DNA of 64,000 nucleotides from Batkoa obscura (Eukaryota): NCBI GenBank assembly GCA_030770535.1, contig JASVEC010000025.1, positions 496,001 to 560,000 of the forward strand, read 5' to 3'. Shown piece by piece: positions 46,421 to 58,799 of this stretch (position 1 is its first letter; each line of letters starts with the position of its first letter). The notes under the pieces were generated by a model. It saw only the letters and a program-made list of their open reading frames with translations, ran no database searches and was not told where the DNA came from. The position numbers and the translations under genes were made by a program.

Positions 46421-48185
46421 ATGAATAAAAGAAAAGATAATTTTATACAAGTTGAAGAACCAGCTAAACAGATCAAACGAGATAGTAAAATCTTGATTCA
46501 ATTTGAAAATAACGAAGGCAATAAATTAGCTAATACATTAAATTTGAATTGTGATATTGGACCCCAAGGGTTAAATTTGATATTAAATCAATTATTAGAA
46601 AATGTAAGTTTGATTATTTGATTTTTCATAATTTACACTTTAGTCCATAAAAGAAAAAAAATCAATATCCATCAATCAATCAATCAATAATATGTATGTT
46701 TTTTTATTAACTTAATATTAATAGGAAGAACCTTTACCTTATTTATTTAAAGTTGGTGAAGACGAAGTTAGTACTAGCATTTTAGAAGATATATTACAAA
46801 AAAACAAAAGAGGTTTAGAAGATACTATCACTATATTATATCAACCACAAGCCATCTTTAAAGTTAAACCAGTCACACGATGTAGTTCGACTTTAAATGG
46901 TAAGTAAAATTACCTTTATCTTGTAGTTATTACTTGTTTAAATAATTATTTTTTTGTCTATTTGAATTAATTTTATTGAATCAATGATCTCATTCTTTTA
47001 AATCCAGGTCATACCGAAGCCATTTTAACATTAAAATTTAGCCCAGATGGTAAATATTTAGCTACTGGAAGTGGAGATACCACTATTCGATTATGGGATT
47101 TAGCTACGGATACCCCTAAACAATGTTTACAAGGTCATAAAAGTTGGGTATTAATGTTAGAATGGTCGCCAGATGGTAATTATTTAGCTAGTGGTGGGAT
47201 GGATAATACGGTAAGTTTTAAGACAAGATTTGGAGCTTATTTTTATAACGGATAATGTATTAATAAGACTATTTCAATTTAGGTAATTGTTTGGGATATT
47301 CAGAATGAATGTAAAAAAATGGAATTAAAAGGTCATCGTAAATGGGTGAGTGATTTAGCTTGGGAGCCTTATCATATGTAAGTAATTATTTTATTATTTA
47401 TATTATTTATATTATTTATATTATTTATATTATTTATATTATTTATATTATTTATATTATTTGTATTATTTAACTTTGTAATTTATTTTTAATTATAGTA
47501 ATTCCAAAACCCCACGATTAGCTTCAGGATCTAAAGATGGTACTATACGTGTATGGAACCCTATTAATAAAACTACCATATTTACTTTGTCTGGACATAC
47601 TTCAAGTGTTACTTGTATTAAATGGGGTGGTGGAGGATTAAATTCTAGTTACAAAAAGGGAGTTATTTATTCCGCTTCTCAAGATAGAAGTATTAAACTT
47701 TGGTGTGGGGAAACGGTAAGTAATATCAAGATTATTTTTATATTTTATTGTTTTGGTTTCAGTTTTATTAATAGAATGGATGAAGAAACGAAATGTTAAT
47801 TAATACATATTTATTTATTTATGTTTTTATTTAGGGTAAATTAATCACTTCATTAGATGGTCATGCCCATTGGGTTAATTCATTAGCTTTATCAACGGAT
47901 TTTGTATTAAGAACGGGTCCCTTTGATCATCATTGTCATAAATTAGAAACAATCGAAAATGGTAAATTGAATTGAATTGAGTTTATACAATCATTTTATT
48001 AAATCTTATTAAATATTAAATTTATTATTATTCTAGCATCTAAAGTAGCATTAGAAAGATATGAACAATGTTTAAAAGATCAAGGAATTAAAGAAGAAAT
48101 TTTAGTTTCTGGTTCTGATGATTTTACAATGTATCTTTGGAATCCATTTAAAAATAATAAACCAATTCAAAGAATGACTGGTAAT

Positions 48186-48262
<77 letters not shown>

Positions 48263-48796
48263 TTAATTAATTATTAATTAATTATTTTATTTTTTTAGGT
48301 CATCAAAAATTGATTAATCAAGTTCAATTCTCACCTGATGGTCGATATATTGCATCTGCTTCTTTTGATAAAAGTGTCAAATTATGGGATGGTAAAACTG
48401 GAAAGTAAGATTATTATTATTAATTACTATTATTATTAATTATTATTATTTTATATAATCAGAATATACTAATCTCTATCTTATTTTATTAGTTTCATTC
48501 ATAATTTACGTAGTCATGTACAATCCGTTTATCAATTAGCATTTTCTTCAGATTCTAGATTAATAATTTCTTGTTCCAAAGATTCCACTGCTAAAATATT
48601 TGATTTAAAATCTTCTAATGTTAAAGTTCATTTACCTGGTCATTTAGATGAAGTTTATACAATCGATTGGTCACCTAAAGGTGATAAAGTAGCTTCTGGG
48701 GGTAAAGATAAATTGTTAAAAATGTAAGTTTTTATTTTATATAATTGTTATATATGAATATTAATTGTTTTTTATTATTTTAGATGGAGAAATTAA
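46421..48796 (+). CDS. RSA4: Ribosome assembly protein Rsa4/Notchless (NLE + WD40), about 11 exons
   Basis: Exons give YQPQAIFKVKPVTRCSS, GHTEAIL..FSPDG..LATGSGDTTIRLWD, LAWEPYH, RLASGSKDG, GHAHWVNSLALSTDFVLRTG, LVSGSDDFTMYLW, HLPGHLDEVYTIDWSP, ending IWRN*. Confidence 0.93.
47393..47470. repeat. Intronic 9-mer tandem repeat (ATTATTTAT)n
   Basis: About eight units filling an RSA4 intron. Confidence 0.85.
48188..48262. repeat. Intronic microsatellite (AAT)25
   Basis: Perfect trinucleotide run inside an RSA4 intron. Confidence 0.95.
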
Positions 48797-48999
48797 ATCA
48801 ATCAAATAGAATTGTTAAAATATTGATTTAATAAAAATATATAATAGAATATTAAAATAGAATTTAAATTTAAATTATTTATTTAAATAATAAAATAAAA
48901 TAAAATGAAATTATATTATATTTTGAATTTATATTTTTATTATATATTATATAAGGTGTTTTTTTTATAAAAAAAGTTAAAGAAATAGTTGAGAAGAGA

Positions 49000-50032
49000 T
49001 TAATGAGCCCAATCATAAGATTTTTCAACAGCTTGATTCCATTTTTTAAATTTAGAATCTCTAGCTTCTTGATCAATTTTAGCTTCAAACTTATTAACAC
49101 CAAAGTCATTAACTTCATTCAAATGTTCTAAATCCTTATAAATACCCAAAGCTAAACCAGCAGCGATAGCAGCACCTAAAGCAGAGGTTTCTCTCATAGC
49201 AGGACGAATAACAGGAATACCCAATAAATCAGCTTGAATTTGCATACATTCATCACTATTGGTCATACCACCATCAACCATTAAACTAGTTAATTCTTGT
49301 TGACTATCTTTATTCATTGCTTCTAAAATAGCTCTTGTTTGGAAACAAGTAGCTTCTAAAGCAGCACGTGCTAAATGATGTTTAGTTGCATATTGAGTTA
49401 AACCTAAGATACAGCCTCTTGCATCAGTACGCCAATACGGGGCTAATAAACCAGAAAAAGCAGTAACAAAATAAACACCAGCAGTATCTTCGACTTGTTT
49501 AGCTAATTCGCCAATTTGTGGTGCAGTTTGAATGATATTTAAATTATCTCTTAACCATTTAATAGCGGATCCAGCAACAGCTACTGAACCTTCTAATGCA
49601 TAAACAGCAGGTTGATTACCAAATTTATAACCTAAAGTAGTTAATAACCCATTACTAGAGAAAGTGGGTTTTTCACCAGTATTGAATAACATAAAACATC
49701 CAGTACCATAAGTATTTTTAGCAGTTCCTGGAGTAAAACATTTTTGACCAACAAAAGCAGCTTGTTGATCTCCTAATACACCAGCAATAGGAATACCATT
49801 TAATTTACTTTCAGATCCAAAAGTACAATAAGTTTCACTACTAGATAAAATAGATGGTAGTATAGATTGTGGGAATTGAAAGAATTCTAATAATTGTTCA
49901 TCCCATTTTAAAGTATGAATATTCATTAAACACATTCTTGATGCATTAGTAACATCAGTTACATGAATTGGTTTACGATTATCTCCTAAGGAATATTGCT
50001 ATAAAAAATAATATATATATTAATAAATGTTA

Positions 50033-50091
<59 letters not shown>

Positions 50092-50945
50092 TAACTTACA
50101 TAAATTAACCAAGAATCAATAGTACCAACCATTAAATTATCATTATCTAAAGCTTGTTTAACAGCTTCACTATTTTCAATTAACCAACGAATTTTTAAAG
50201 CAGAAAAATAAGTAGAAATAGGTAAACCACATATTTTCTATAAAAATATAAAATAAAAGGATTAATAAATATATTTAAATATTATCATTATTGTTATTAA
50301 CTTACTTGTAATTCTTTTTCACTATAGCTATCCTGATATTTTTCAACTAAAGCTTGAGTACGACCATCACACCATACTAATTAATTAATTAATTAATTAA
50401 TTAATTAATGTAATATTATTATAATATTAATAATTTACCAATAGCATTATGTAATGGTTTATGAGTAGTTTTGTCCCAAGCAACTAAAGTTTCTCTTTGA
50501 TTAGTAATACCAACACCTAATTAAATTAAAAATTAATATCAACGTAATATAGTATAATATAAATTATAATATAATAGACTCTACCTTTTAAATCTTTAAT
50601 ATTTAAACCCATTCTAATAAACATATCAATAGCTTCATCAATACAATTATTAACACTATCAACAATCACCATAGGATCATGTTCTACCCAACTAATAATG
50701 ATAAAGGAGATATTAATAACTATATTACAATAACAATATAATATAATATAATATAATATAATATAATATAATATAATATTACATTTATTTTTAACTTACC
50801 TAGCTTGTAAACAAATTTGATCAAATTCTTTTTGAGCCATAACAACTACTTTGCCATTTTTATCAAAGATAATAAAACGAGAAGAGGAAGTGCCTTGATC
50901 AATTGCACCTAAGAAAGGGGCTTCAAAATTTTGAATTTTTTCCAT
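49000..50945 (-). CDS. GUT1: Glycerol kinase, multi-exon
   Basis: [93 protein letters not shown]. An alternative in-frame ATG lies at 50993. Confidence 0.95.
50033..50089. repeat. Intronic microsatellite (TAT)19
   Basis: Perfect run inside a glycerol kinase intron. Confidence 0.95.
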
Positions 50946-52221
50946 AATATAATTAAAGTTAGTTTCTAATTTATTAAAAAAGTTTTTATCCATGATAAGT
51001 TCAATTCGCTTTATTTATATTACTTTTTGTTAATTCTTTATTATTCTTATGAATTTAAGCAATGGTTTCAATATCACCTGCTTTCTCCCACGGCATCGAT
51101 AACCTTGAGTAATCTATTGGAAGTTATAGCTCCTTCTCGATGTTTATTGGCGCTTGAATTTTGAAGTTGAATTTTAGATCAGATGATACTTCTATTTATA
51201 GCCATTATTCAATGAAAGCACAAAACTTAACCAATCAATTCAGGACTTGTGTATGCCAATCAAAGTTGAAGTGAATAGAAATATCAAATTATTCATTTAA
51301 TAACAACATTAATCCATTTTAAACTCAATATAGTTTGTGGTGAGCTTATTCTAAATGGAAATAGCTTATATTTTTGGTAAATTTGAGTTGGCATATAGGT
51401 TTTAAAGAAGTTGAATGTTTATTATTTGTTTGGAAATGTTATGCGTTATTTAAGGTTCAATTTTAAAACAATTTATGTTGTGTCGTATGATATTAGCTTT
51501 AAAATTAATACTCAAATGTTTTATTTATTATTATAGATTTTAAAGTTTTTTTTAATGGGGATAGTTGAATTTTATAATTTTAAGAACTAAATTATGGTTT
51601 TTCTCATCTGATAATTAAATTTTTAAGAATTTTAGGAATTGTTTTTTTATTTTGAAATTTTACATAGCATAAAAGATGAGCAAAAAGTCTAATTTTATTT
51701 AACTTTAACAAAACTTCATAATATCAAAATCAATCTTTATTTTATAATGAAAAATAAATGAAGTCTTTTAAATTTAACCTATGTTTATAATAATAATAAT
51801 AAAAACTTTAAAATCCATAAAATCATGGTTGAGTTTGTTGAATATAGTTTAATAAAAAACAATTCTTATTTAATAAAAATTTCTTGATTTTTTTTCGAAA
51901 TAGAATAAAAGAGGATTAAAATAAAATGGAATTAAAAAATATTTACTTTACATTGACAACAAAACTTTACAATATCTAAATCAGTATTGATTTTGTTATA
52001 AGAACAAATGTGCGATCTTAGATAAAATTTATTGTTACTTCAATATAATTTTAAAACCTATTAAGTTGTGATTTATTTTCACCTGATAGTTAAAACTTCA
52101 ATCAAATGAATTTTATATCGAAGAGTTTTTTTTTAAAAATTTAAGTAGTTCGAAAAATGAACAAATAACAAAAACAAAGTCACTCACTCACTTCTATCTC
52201 ATCAAAATAAAAAACATACAA

Positions 52222-52293
52222 CTTCCTCACGGGGAATCGAACCCCGGCCGTTCCGGTGAAAGCGGAAAATCCTAACCACTGGACCATGAAGAA
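52222..52293 (-). tRNA. tRNA-Glu(TTC)
   Basis: Reverse complement TTCTTCATGGTCCAGTGGTTAGGATTTTCCGCTTTCACCGGAACGGCCGGGGTTCGATTCCCCGTGAGGAAG. Confidence 0.95.
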
Positions 52294-52562
52294 AGTTTTA
52301 CTTATTATATATTATGTGATGACAATTATAATAAGGGTTTATAAAAACAGTTTTTTTATATTGAGGGTATTTTCGGACTTGTAATCAAAACCTTCGAAGT
52401 TTAGGTTAAAATTCAAATAATTACTCATCAAGTTGAATCTGATGACTTAATATCATTTAAAAAAGCAAAATTCAACTCAGTTCTTAAAATTTTAACTCAG
52501 TTCAATTCAATTTATTTAATCTATTATTAAAAAAACTATATTATTAATCACCAACAATAAAA

Positions 52563-53459
52563 ATGCAAGCTTTACCTTCAATTCAAAGACTATCACCCTC
52601 TGTTATAAGAATTTTAGGTCTTAACCCAGGTCCATTTACTTTACAAGGAACTAATACTTACTTTATTGGGAACTCGAAATATCGAATTTTATTAGATACT
52701 GGAGAAGGTAAATCCGAGTATTTATCTTTGTTAGATAGTGTATTAAAACAGGAGAAATGTGAAATTAGTAAAATAGTATTGACTCATTACCACCATGATC
52801 ATGTAGGTGGACTGAAGAGAATTTTAGAGTATTTTAAGGGGAAGGAGATAGAAGTGTTGAAAAAGATTGATAAGGAAAAGGATGAAGGGATAATGAAGTA
52901 TTTAACCGAAATTGGGGAGGAAGTGAAGGTGGAGGGAGTTACATTGAAAACAATTGATACACCAGGACATACGGAAGATCATCAATGTTTTTATTTTTTA
53001 GAAGAAAAAAACCTTTTTTCTGGGGATTGTGTGTTGGGTAATGGTACTACTATTTTTACCGATTTGGCTAAATATTTAAATTCATTGGAGAAATTGTTGA
53101 ATATGGAAGATATAATTAATAGTATTTATCCTGCCCATGGTGAATTTATTAAAGATGGTAGAGAAAAGATTCAAGAGTATATTGAACATCGTATTGAAAG
53201 AGAAAATCAACTTATTGAGATATTAAAGGGAGAAGTTAACTCAGTTAAACCTGTAAAAGTTAATGAAGAATATGTTTATTTTGGTTATGATATTGTTAAA
53301 TTTTTATATAAAAGTTATCCCAAAGAAGTTTATTTACCTGCTTTTAAATTGATCAATTTACATTTACAAAAATTATTAGGTGAAAATAAAGTGGAGAAAG
53401 TTATTATTGATAAACCTGAAGATGAACTATATTCTATTGGTTGGAAATGGATTAATTAA
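52563..53459 (+). CDS. LACTB2: Metallo-beta-lactamase-fold protein, LACTB2-like endoribonuclease
   Basis: RILGLNPGPFTLQGTNTY, LLDTGEG, THYHHDHVGG, TPGHTEDH, FSGDCVLG, YPAHG, YIEHR. Confidence 0.92.
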   Translation: MQALPSIQRLSPSVIRILGLNPGPFTLQGTNTYFIGNSKYRILLDTGEGKSEYLSLLDSVLKQEKCEISKIVLTHYHHDHVGGLKRILEYFKGKEIEVLKKIDKEKDEGIMKYLTEIGEEVKVEGVTLKTIDTPGHTEDHQCFYFLEEKNLFSGDCVLGNGTTIFTDLAKYLNSLEKLLNMEDIINSIYPAHGEFIKDGREKIQEYIEHRIERENQLIEILKGEVNSVKPVKVNEEYVYFGYDIVKFLYKSYPKEVYLPAFKLINLHLQKLLGENKVEKVIIDKPEDELYSIGWKWIN

Positions 53460-53575
53460 AGTTATTATATATATACTATTGATATATATGAATTAACCTT
53501 ATTTATAATATGACTATTAAAATAAAATAAAATAAAATAAAATCTTTCATTTATTTTATATAAAAAACAATTAAT

Positions 53576-55401
53576 TTATTTAAGTGCTTTTTGTAATAAT
53601 TTTTCAGCTTCTTCTAAATCTTCTGGATCAAGTCTAGTAACTTGTCTACCTAAAGTAGTTTGAACATATTGCATAACTTGAAACGATTGAGGACTGGAGA
53701 TAAGATTAATAGCTACTCCAGATTTACCAAATCGACCAGTACGTCCAATACGATGAAGATAAGTAGCATAATCAGGTCTTGGTGGCCTTCCTTTTTCAAC
53801 AATTACTGGCATATCATAATTAATGACTAAATTCACTTGTGATATATCAATTCCTCTGGCTACTAAATTGGTGGTTACCATAACTTTGGCTTCTCCAGAA
53901 CGGAATAAATCAATCATACGATCTCTTTCATCACTCATTAAATCACCATGTAATGCGATGACTTTATATCCATTTTTAGTCATTGTTCTCGCTATTCTAT
54001 CTGCTGCCTTTTTAGACTAAAAATACAAAAATAAAATTAAACAATTAAACAAAATTATAATATTGAATTAACTTACATTAACAAAGATGATAGATTGTCC
54101 GATTGTCATAAGTTGGTAAAGATCCACTAACATACTATCTCTCTCTTCATTGTCATTACAATCCAAATAAAATTGTTTAATGGCATCAATTGAAAGTTCA
54201 ACTGCTTTTAAACGAATTTCATTTGCATTAGGAGCAAAGGTTTCAGCAAATTCAACTACTTCCGTTGGGAAAGTAGCTGAAAATAATACATATTGACACG
54301 ATTTATTTTTTAAACTCCTTTTTACTTGGGAGCAATGTAGTTTTAATCCTTGTAATTCTAACATATTATCTGCTTCATCTAATACCAATATCTTTACATG
54401 CCTTGTATTAAGTAACCTCTTTTCAATTAATGATTTAGTTGTGCCTGGTGTTCCAATTACAATATGGCTTTTAATTGGGCTCTTTACTTTCATATTTTCA
54501 TCTCGAATAGCAAATCCTATCTCAGCCTTTGTAAATTGTCCCATCTCTTTAGCTACATCCATAATCTGTCTTGCTAATTCTCTAGAAGGTGCTAAGCAGA
54601 TTGCCTATTCAATTAGTTATCTATTAATATCCCTCTATCTATAGTATAGAATATTATTTACCTGTACGTCATCGATACTATAATCAATTTTGGATAGCAT
54701 AGTAAGTACAAAAGCAGCTGTTTTTCCAGTACCAGATTGACTTTGGCCAATCATATTTTTAGATCTAAAAATTCAGTCTAATTAAACTAATACATATATA
54801 CTTGGCTAATAATTACTGTTGGTTAATTAAAAGAGGAAGGGCACGTTCTTGAATTTTGGATGGTTTTGTATAACCCATACTATAAACACCTTTCAATAAT
54901 TCCGGGGATCTAAATTATTATTATTATTATTATTATTATTATTTAAATAGTATAAACTTACAATCCTAATTCATCAAAACTTTTAGCAGAGTATAATGGA
55001 GAACTTAAATCAGCTTGTTGATCAGCTAATTTAACTTCAACTCGATTTTCCAATTGATGTAATAAATCGATCTTTGCTTTTTCATCTTCTTCGTCTTCTT
55101 GATATTCTTCTGTTTGTTCAGTCTCTTCATCTTCGTCTTCATCTTGTTCTTTTTCATCATTTTCAACTGGTTTATCATCAGTAGTCTTAGAAACTTTTAA
55201 ATAAAATTTAAATATTTAAAGCTAAAGTAAAATAATTGAATTACCTTCATTTTTTATGTTAACTTGATCTAAAAGGTTGCTAACTTCATCGACATCTTTT
55301 GAATATTTATGTTCCTTAGTATTTTTCTCGACTGGAGCCTCTCTTTTAATCTCTTCTTCGTTCTTTTCGGTTATTTTAATATCTGCTGCTTTTTCTGACA
55401 T
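53576..55401 (-). CDS. DBP5: DEAD-box RNA helicase Dbp5/DDX19, multi-exon
   Basis: [93 protein letters not shown] at 55401 (MSEKAA). Confidence 0.93.
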
Positions 55402-55815
55402 TGTTATTATGAACAGTTTGAAAAAAATTAAATTTGTTAATTTTATAAAAATTCTACAAATGTATTTTATTGGCTCAGCTCAATCCTTTTGTCATCTTTA
55501 TGGGAATTTACTGTAAGTATGAATGCTAAGCGGAACAGCTTTGGTCATAGCCATCAGAGTGTAAATAATTTATAGTAACGATTATTCATTATAATAAAAC
55601 AACTAGTAGTATAACTATATAAAATGCTGACGATATCAAATTTACTCCAATATTCAATATTCAAAATTCAAACATCAAATTTCTAAAAAGGTAGTTGGCT
55701 AATTTTAATTGGCTTGAACCAACGTAATAATAAATTTAAATCAAATAAACTCAAATCCATTTAATTCATTGACTTCATTTTTTATTGTTTATATAAAAGA
55801 AAAATAACAATTAAG

Positions 55816-56625
55816 ATGTTATTAAAATTCAGTCTCTTATTCGCTTTATACGCGTTACTAGTACAAAGTAATAGTATCAAATTTGATTTGCCTGGACAAG
55901 TTCGTTATAGAATTCAAAAGAAATGTTTAACTATGTGGATGGCAAGAGACTCTCATGTTACTGCTCAATTTAACGCTTTGCAAGCTGCTAGTCAAACTAT
56001 GCATTTTGAGGTAATTTTTTAGAGACCAATTAAAATTAATTAACAAAAATTAAAAATCAGATTTATGATAACACCGAAAATTATAATAAATATGGTTCTA
56101 AGGCTGGGTTTACTGATTCAAGAATTGTATTTACCCCAAGTGAAAGTACCGATGTCTCATTTTGTTTTTGGAATAGTCTTGATGATGGTAAGAATTAACA
56201 TAATTAATAATAAGAACGATAGTTTAATAAGATAATATTATTAGGTGTTGAACCAGGACCAAGTTACTTTAATCAAGTTAGTTTAGATATTCAAATTGGA
56301 AAAACTGAAGAAGAATATTCTAAATTAGCTAAAGCTGAAAAAATTAAACCACAAGAATTAGAATTATTAAGATTAGAAGAAAGATTTCATCAACTTATGC
56401 AAACTATGGAAGTATTCAAATTCCGTGATGTTGGTAAAAGTGCTACTCATGGTATGTCATTATTATTTAAATATTACTATTTGAAGTTTACTTAATCTTT
56501 TTTTAGAAATAACTAAAAAGAAAATAGCTAACTTTTCTTTCTTTTCTATCGGTGTTTTAGTCGTTGTTGGTATCTGGCAAATTGCTTATCTACGTCATTA
56601 CTTTAAATCTAAGAGATTAATTTAA
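55816..56625 (+). CDS. ERV25: p24/emp24 family cargo receptor, Erv25/TMED10 type, 4 exons
   Basis: Signal peptide, GOLD-domain cysteines, AKAEKIKPQELELLRLE coiled coil, TM then WQIAYLRHYFKSKRLI*. Confidence 0.88.
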
Positions 56626-56758
56626 TCTTTTTTATATTGAAAATAGTAGTTTATCTTTAAAAAAATTATTCGTATATGCTTTTTATTTTAACATTTTATT
56701 TATTTATTACTATTATTTATTACAATTAAATTAGGTCAAATCAAATATATATTATACA

Positions 56759-57361
56759 CTAATATTTTTTAGCTGGTAACTTAATCGTACCCCCTAAATT
56801 AATATCCTTATTAACCCCATTAGTACCACCAATATCAATGTTTAATCCACCAGATAATATAGTACCAGTAGTAGGATCTCTACTCAGTGCACCCCCATAA
56901 GAAACCGAGATACCCAATTTATCATTAGCAAAACCAAAAGATCCACCACCACCTGCATTTACTAAAGTACCTGATGTAGATTTATAATCGGAACTGGTAC
57001 TATAATTAGAGTTTGGCGCAACTGAACCATAATTTGCTCCACCTCCTGTACCAGCTGAATAAGATATACCTGAACTTGCTATTGGTGTTCCAGTGCCTAC
57101 TGAGCCTTGAACAACCGCTGCTCCGCCACTAGAGTTGCTACCACTACCTATGCTTGTATAAGCTAATGAACCAAAATTCGTACCTGTTCCTGTACCTGAA
57201 CCAGTGGCATTACCAGTGCTAGCGCTTTGTGTGTTTTGGGTGCTTTGAGCGGGTTGAGTAACTGGGGTGGTTTTAACTTCATTTTTATTGGTACCTTTAT
57301 TTTTTGTTGGGGCAGCGATAATTGATGAGATTAAAACTAAAGATAACAAATGAAATTTCAT
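56759..57361 (-). CDS. Secreted Gly/Ser/Thr-rich protein of unknown function
   Basis: MKFHLLSLVLISSIIAAP signal peptide; low-complexity G/S/T body, no Cys; intronless. Confidence 0.8.
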   Translation of the reverse strand: MKFHLLSLVLISSIIAAPTKNKGTNKNEVKTTPVTQPAQSTQNTQSASTGNATGSGTGTGTNFGSLAYTSIGSGSNSSGGAAVVQGSVGTGTPIASSGISYSAGTGGGANYGSVAPNSNYSTSSDYKSTSGTLVNAGGGGSFGFANDKLGISVSYGGALSRDPTTGTILSGGLNIDIGGTNGVNKDINLGGTIKLPAKKY

Positions 57362-57574
57362 ATTAATTGATGTGTAGTTTGTATTAATTTATCAAGTGTG
57401 ATATACTGTTTTTTGATTTTTATTCTATTCTCAATTTATTGATTTTTTTTATACTATTTTAAATAATTGGTAACAACCCCTTTAATTAAAATCTAGAACC
57501 TTTTGTCTTTCCCTTAAATTAAAATTTTGACTTTTTGCATAAATGAAATTTGGTTTAAAAAAATCAAAAGCAAA

Positions 57575-57656
57575 CGACACCTGCAGGATTTGAACCTGCG
57601 CGGGGAAACCCCATGAGCTTTCTAGGCTCACGCCTTAACCGCTCGGCCAAAGTGTC
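57575..57656 (-). tRNA. tRNA-Ser(AGA)
   Basis: 82 nt with long variable arm (GGGG-TTT-CCCC); anticodon arm TGAGC-CTAGAAA-GCTCA. Confidence 0.96.
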
Positions 57657-58001
57657 TCTGGATTTGTTACTATAATTAGTTTATGCTAAATGTATATGTT
57701 TCAAAAATTATGCTGTACTTGCTTATTAGTACTGCTATTTATAATAAATTCCAAGTCCATGAATATTATTGTATAACCTTTAGTCAATTATAATTATCTG
57801 TACTTTTATTAGCTGATATAGCTCATAGATCTTGTAAATTTTTTCTACATATTCAAAAGTTTTTTGAGTTTAATTTATATTTATTTAATCTTTATAAAAA
57901 AACAAATTAATAAATAGAAAGCATCCAAATGATAAAATACAATCTGATATCAGTAATTTTAGTAAAATACAATTATTTGTTTAAACCAAACTACAATCCA
58001 T

Positions 58002-58101
58002 CATATGAGGTGTTTTTTGGTTTCATCACTTTTTCCATTTTTAAGCGCTATCTAAGTGGAAAAATTGTTAGTGAAATTCTTAAAAAAATACATTACCATA
58101 T
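58002..58101. mobile_element. MITE-like element copy
   Basis: CATATGAGGTGTTTTTTGGTTTCATC...AAGCGCTATCTAAGTGGAAAA...AATACATTACCATAT. Confidence 0.8.
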
Positions 58102-58382
58102 ATTTTTAAATTTATCTATGTATTTTATATTTTTACTTATAATTTTAAAAGTACACCAAGAATTCATTTTTTGTGAACGATAATTTTATCTATTTTAATT
58201 TATTGTTAAATAATAATGCAAAAAAGAATAGTTAAAGTATTTCATGTGTATTATAATGATGTCCATGCTGTATCACCGTTCGAGTAATAGCTTTATTAAC
58301 TTTTTATGTAGTCAGAATTCAAGAAATAACTGTAAAAAGGAAATCCACATATGATAAAAAGCCAAGATAAAATAATTAACGT

Positions 58383-58799
58383 TTATTGTTGTTCATAATA
58401 TAAAATTGGTTTAGCATCATCGTGATAAGTAATAAATTTATTAGTATCAAGCCATAATCTGGTGCAGCTTACATCCTCTTGTTTTTGACCTTTATCTAAT
58501 CTATGTCTGTATACTTTCCAACTATCATTATTGTCGATAAGAACTTTAGTTTCCTTTGGGTTACAGTCAATAAATTTAACGCTATAGTCATTGTTTGATC
58601 CAAAGTAGAGACCATGACCATTATTTTCGCTTGTTATATTAAATTTTTGAAAATGAGAAGAACCATATTTGTTAGCGGCATCCTTAATGTAGCAGTCATC
58701 GTTATGAACACAAACAGTGGCATAATGTTTACTCTTGCAAGTTACAGTACTGATTAAAAGGGAAAATAAAGTGGAGGCAAGGGCGATTTTGTTAACCAT
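58383..58799 (-). CDS. Small secreted protein, paralog A (no HDEL)
   Basis: Signal peptide, four mature Cys, near-identical to 61901-62290; ends YHDDAKPILYYEQQ*. Confidence 0.85.
   Translation of the reverse strand: MVNKIALASTLFSLLISTVTCKSKHYATVCVHNDDCYIKDAANKYGSSHFQKFNITSENNGHGLYFGSNNDYSVKFIDCNPKETKVLIDNNDSWKVYRHRLDKGQKQEDVSCTRLWLDTNKFITYHDDAKPILYYEQQ

Noticed and set aside
51606..51614. Single ATCTGATAA between glycerol kinase and tRNA-Glu
   Set aside because: An isolated AT-rich 9-mer is expected by chance in this composition and is not next to an iron gene.
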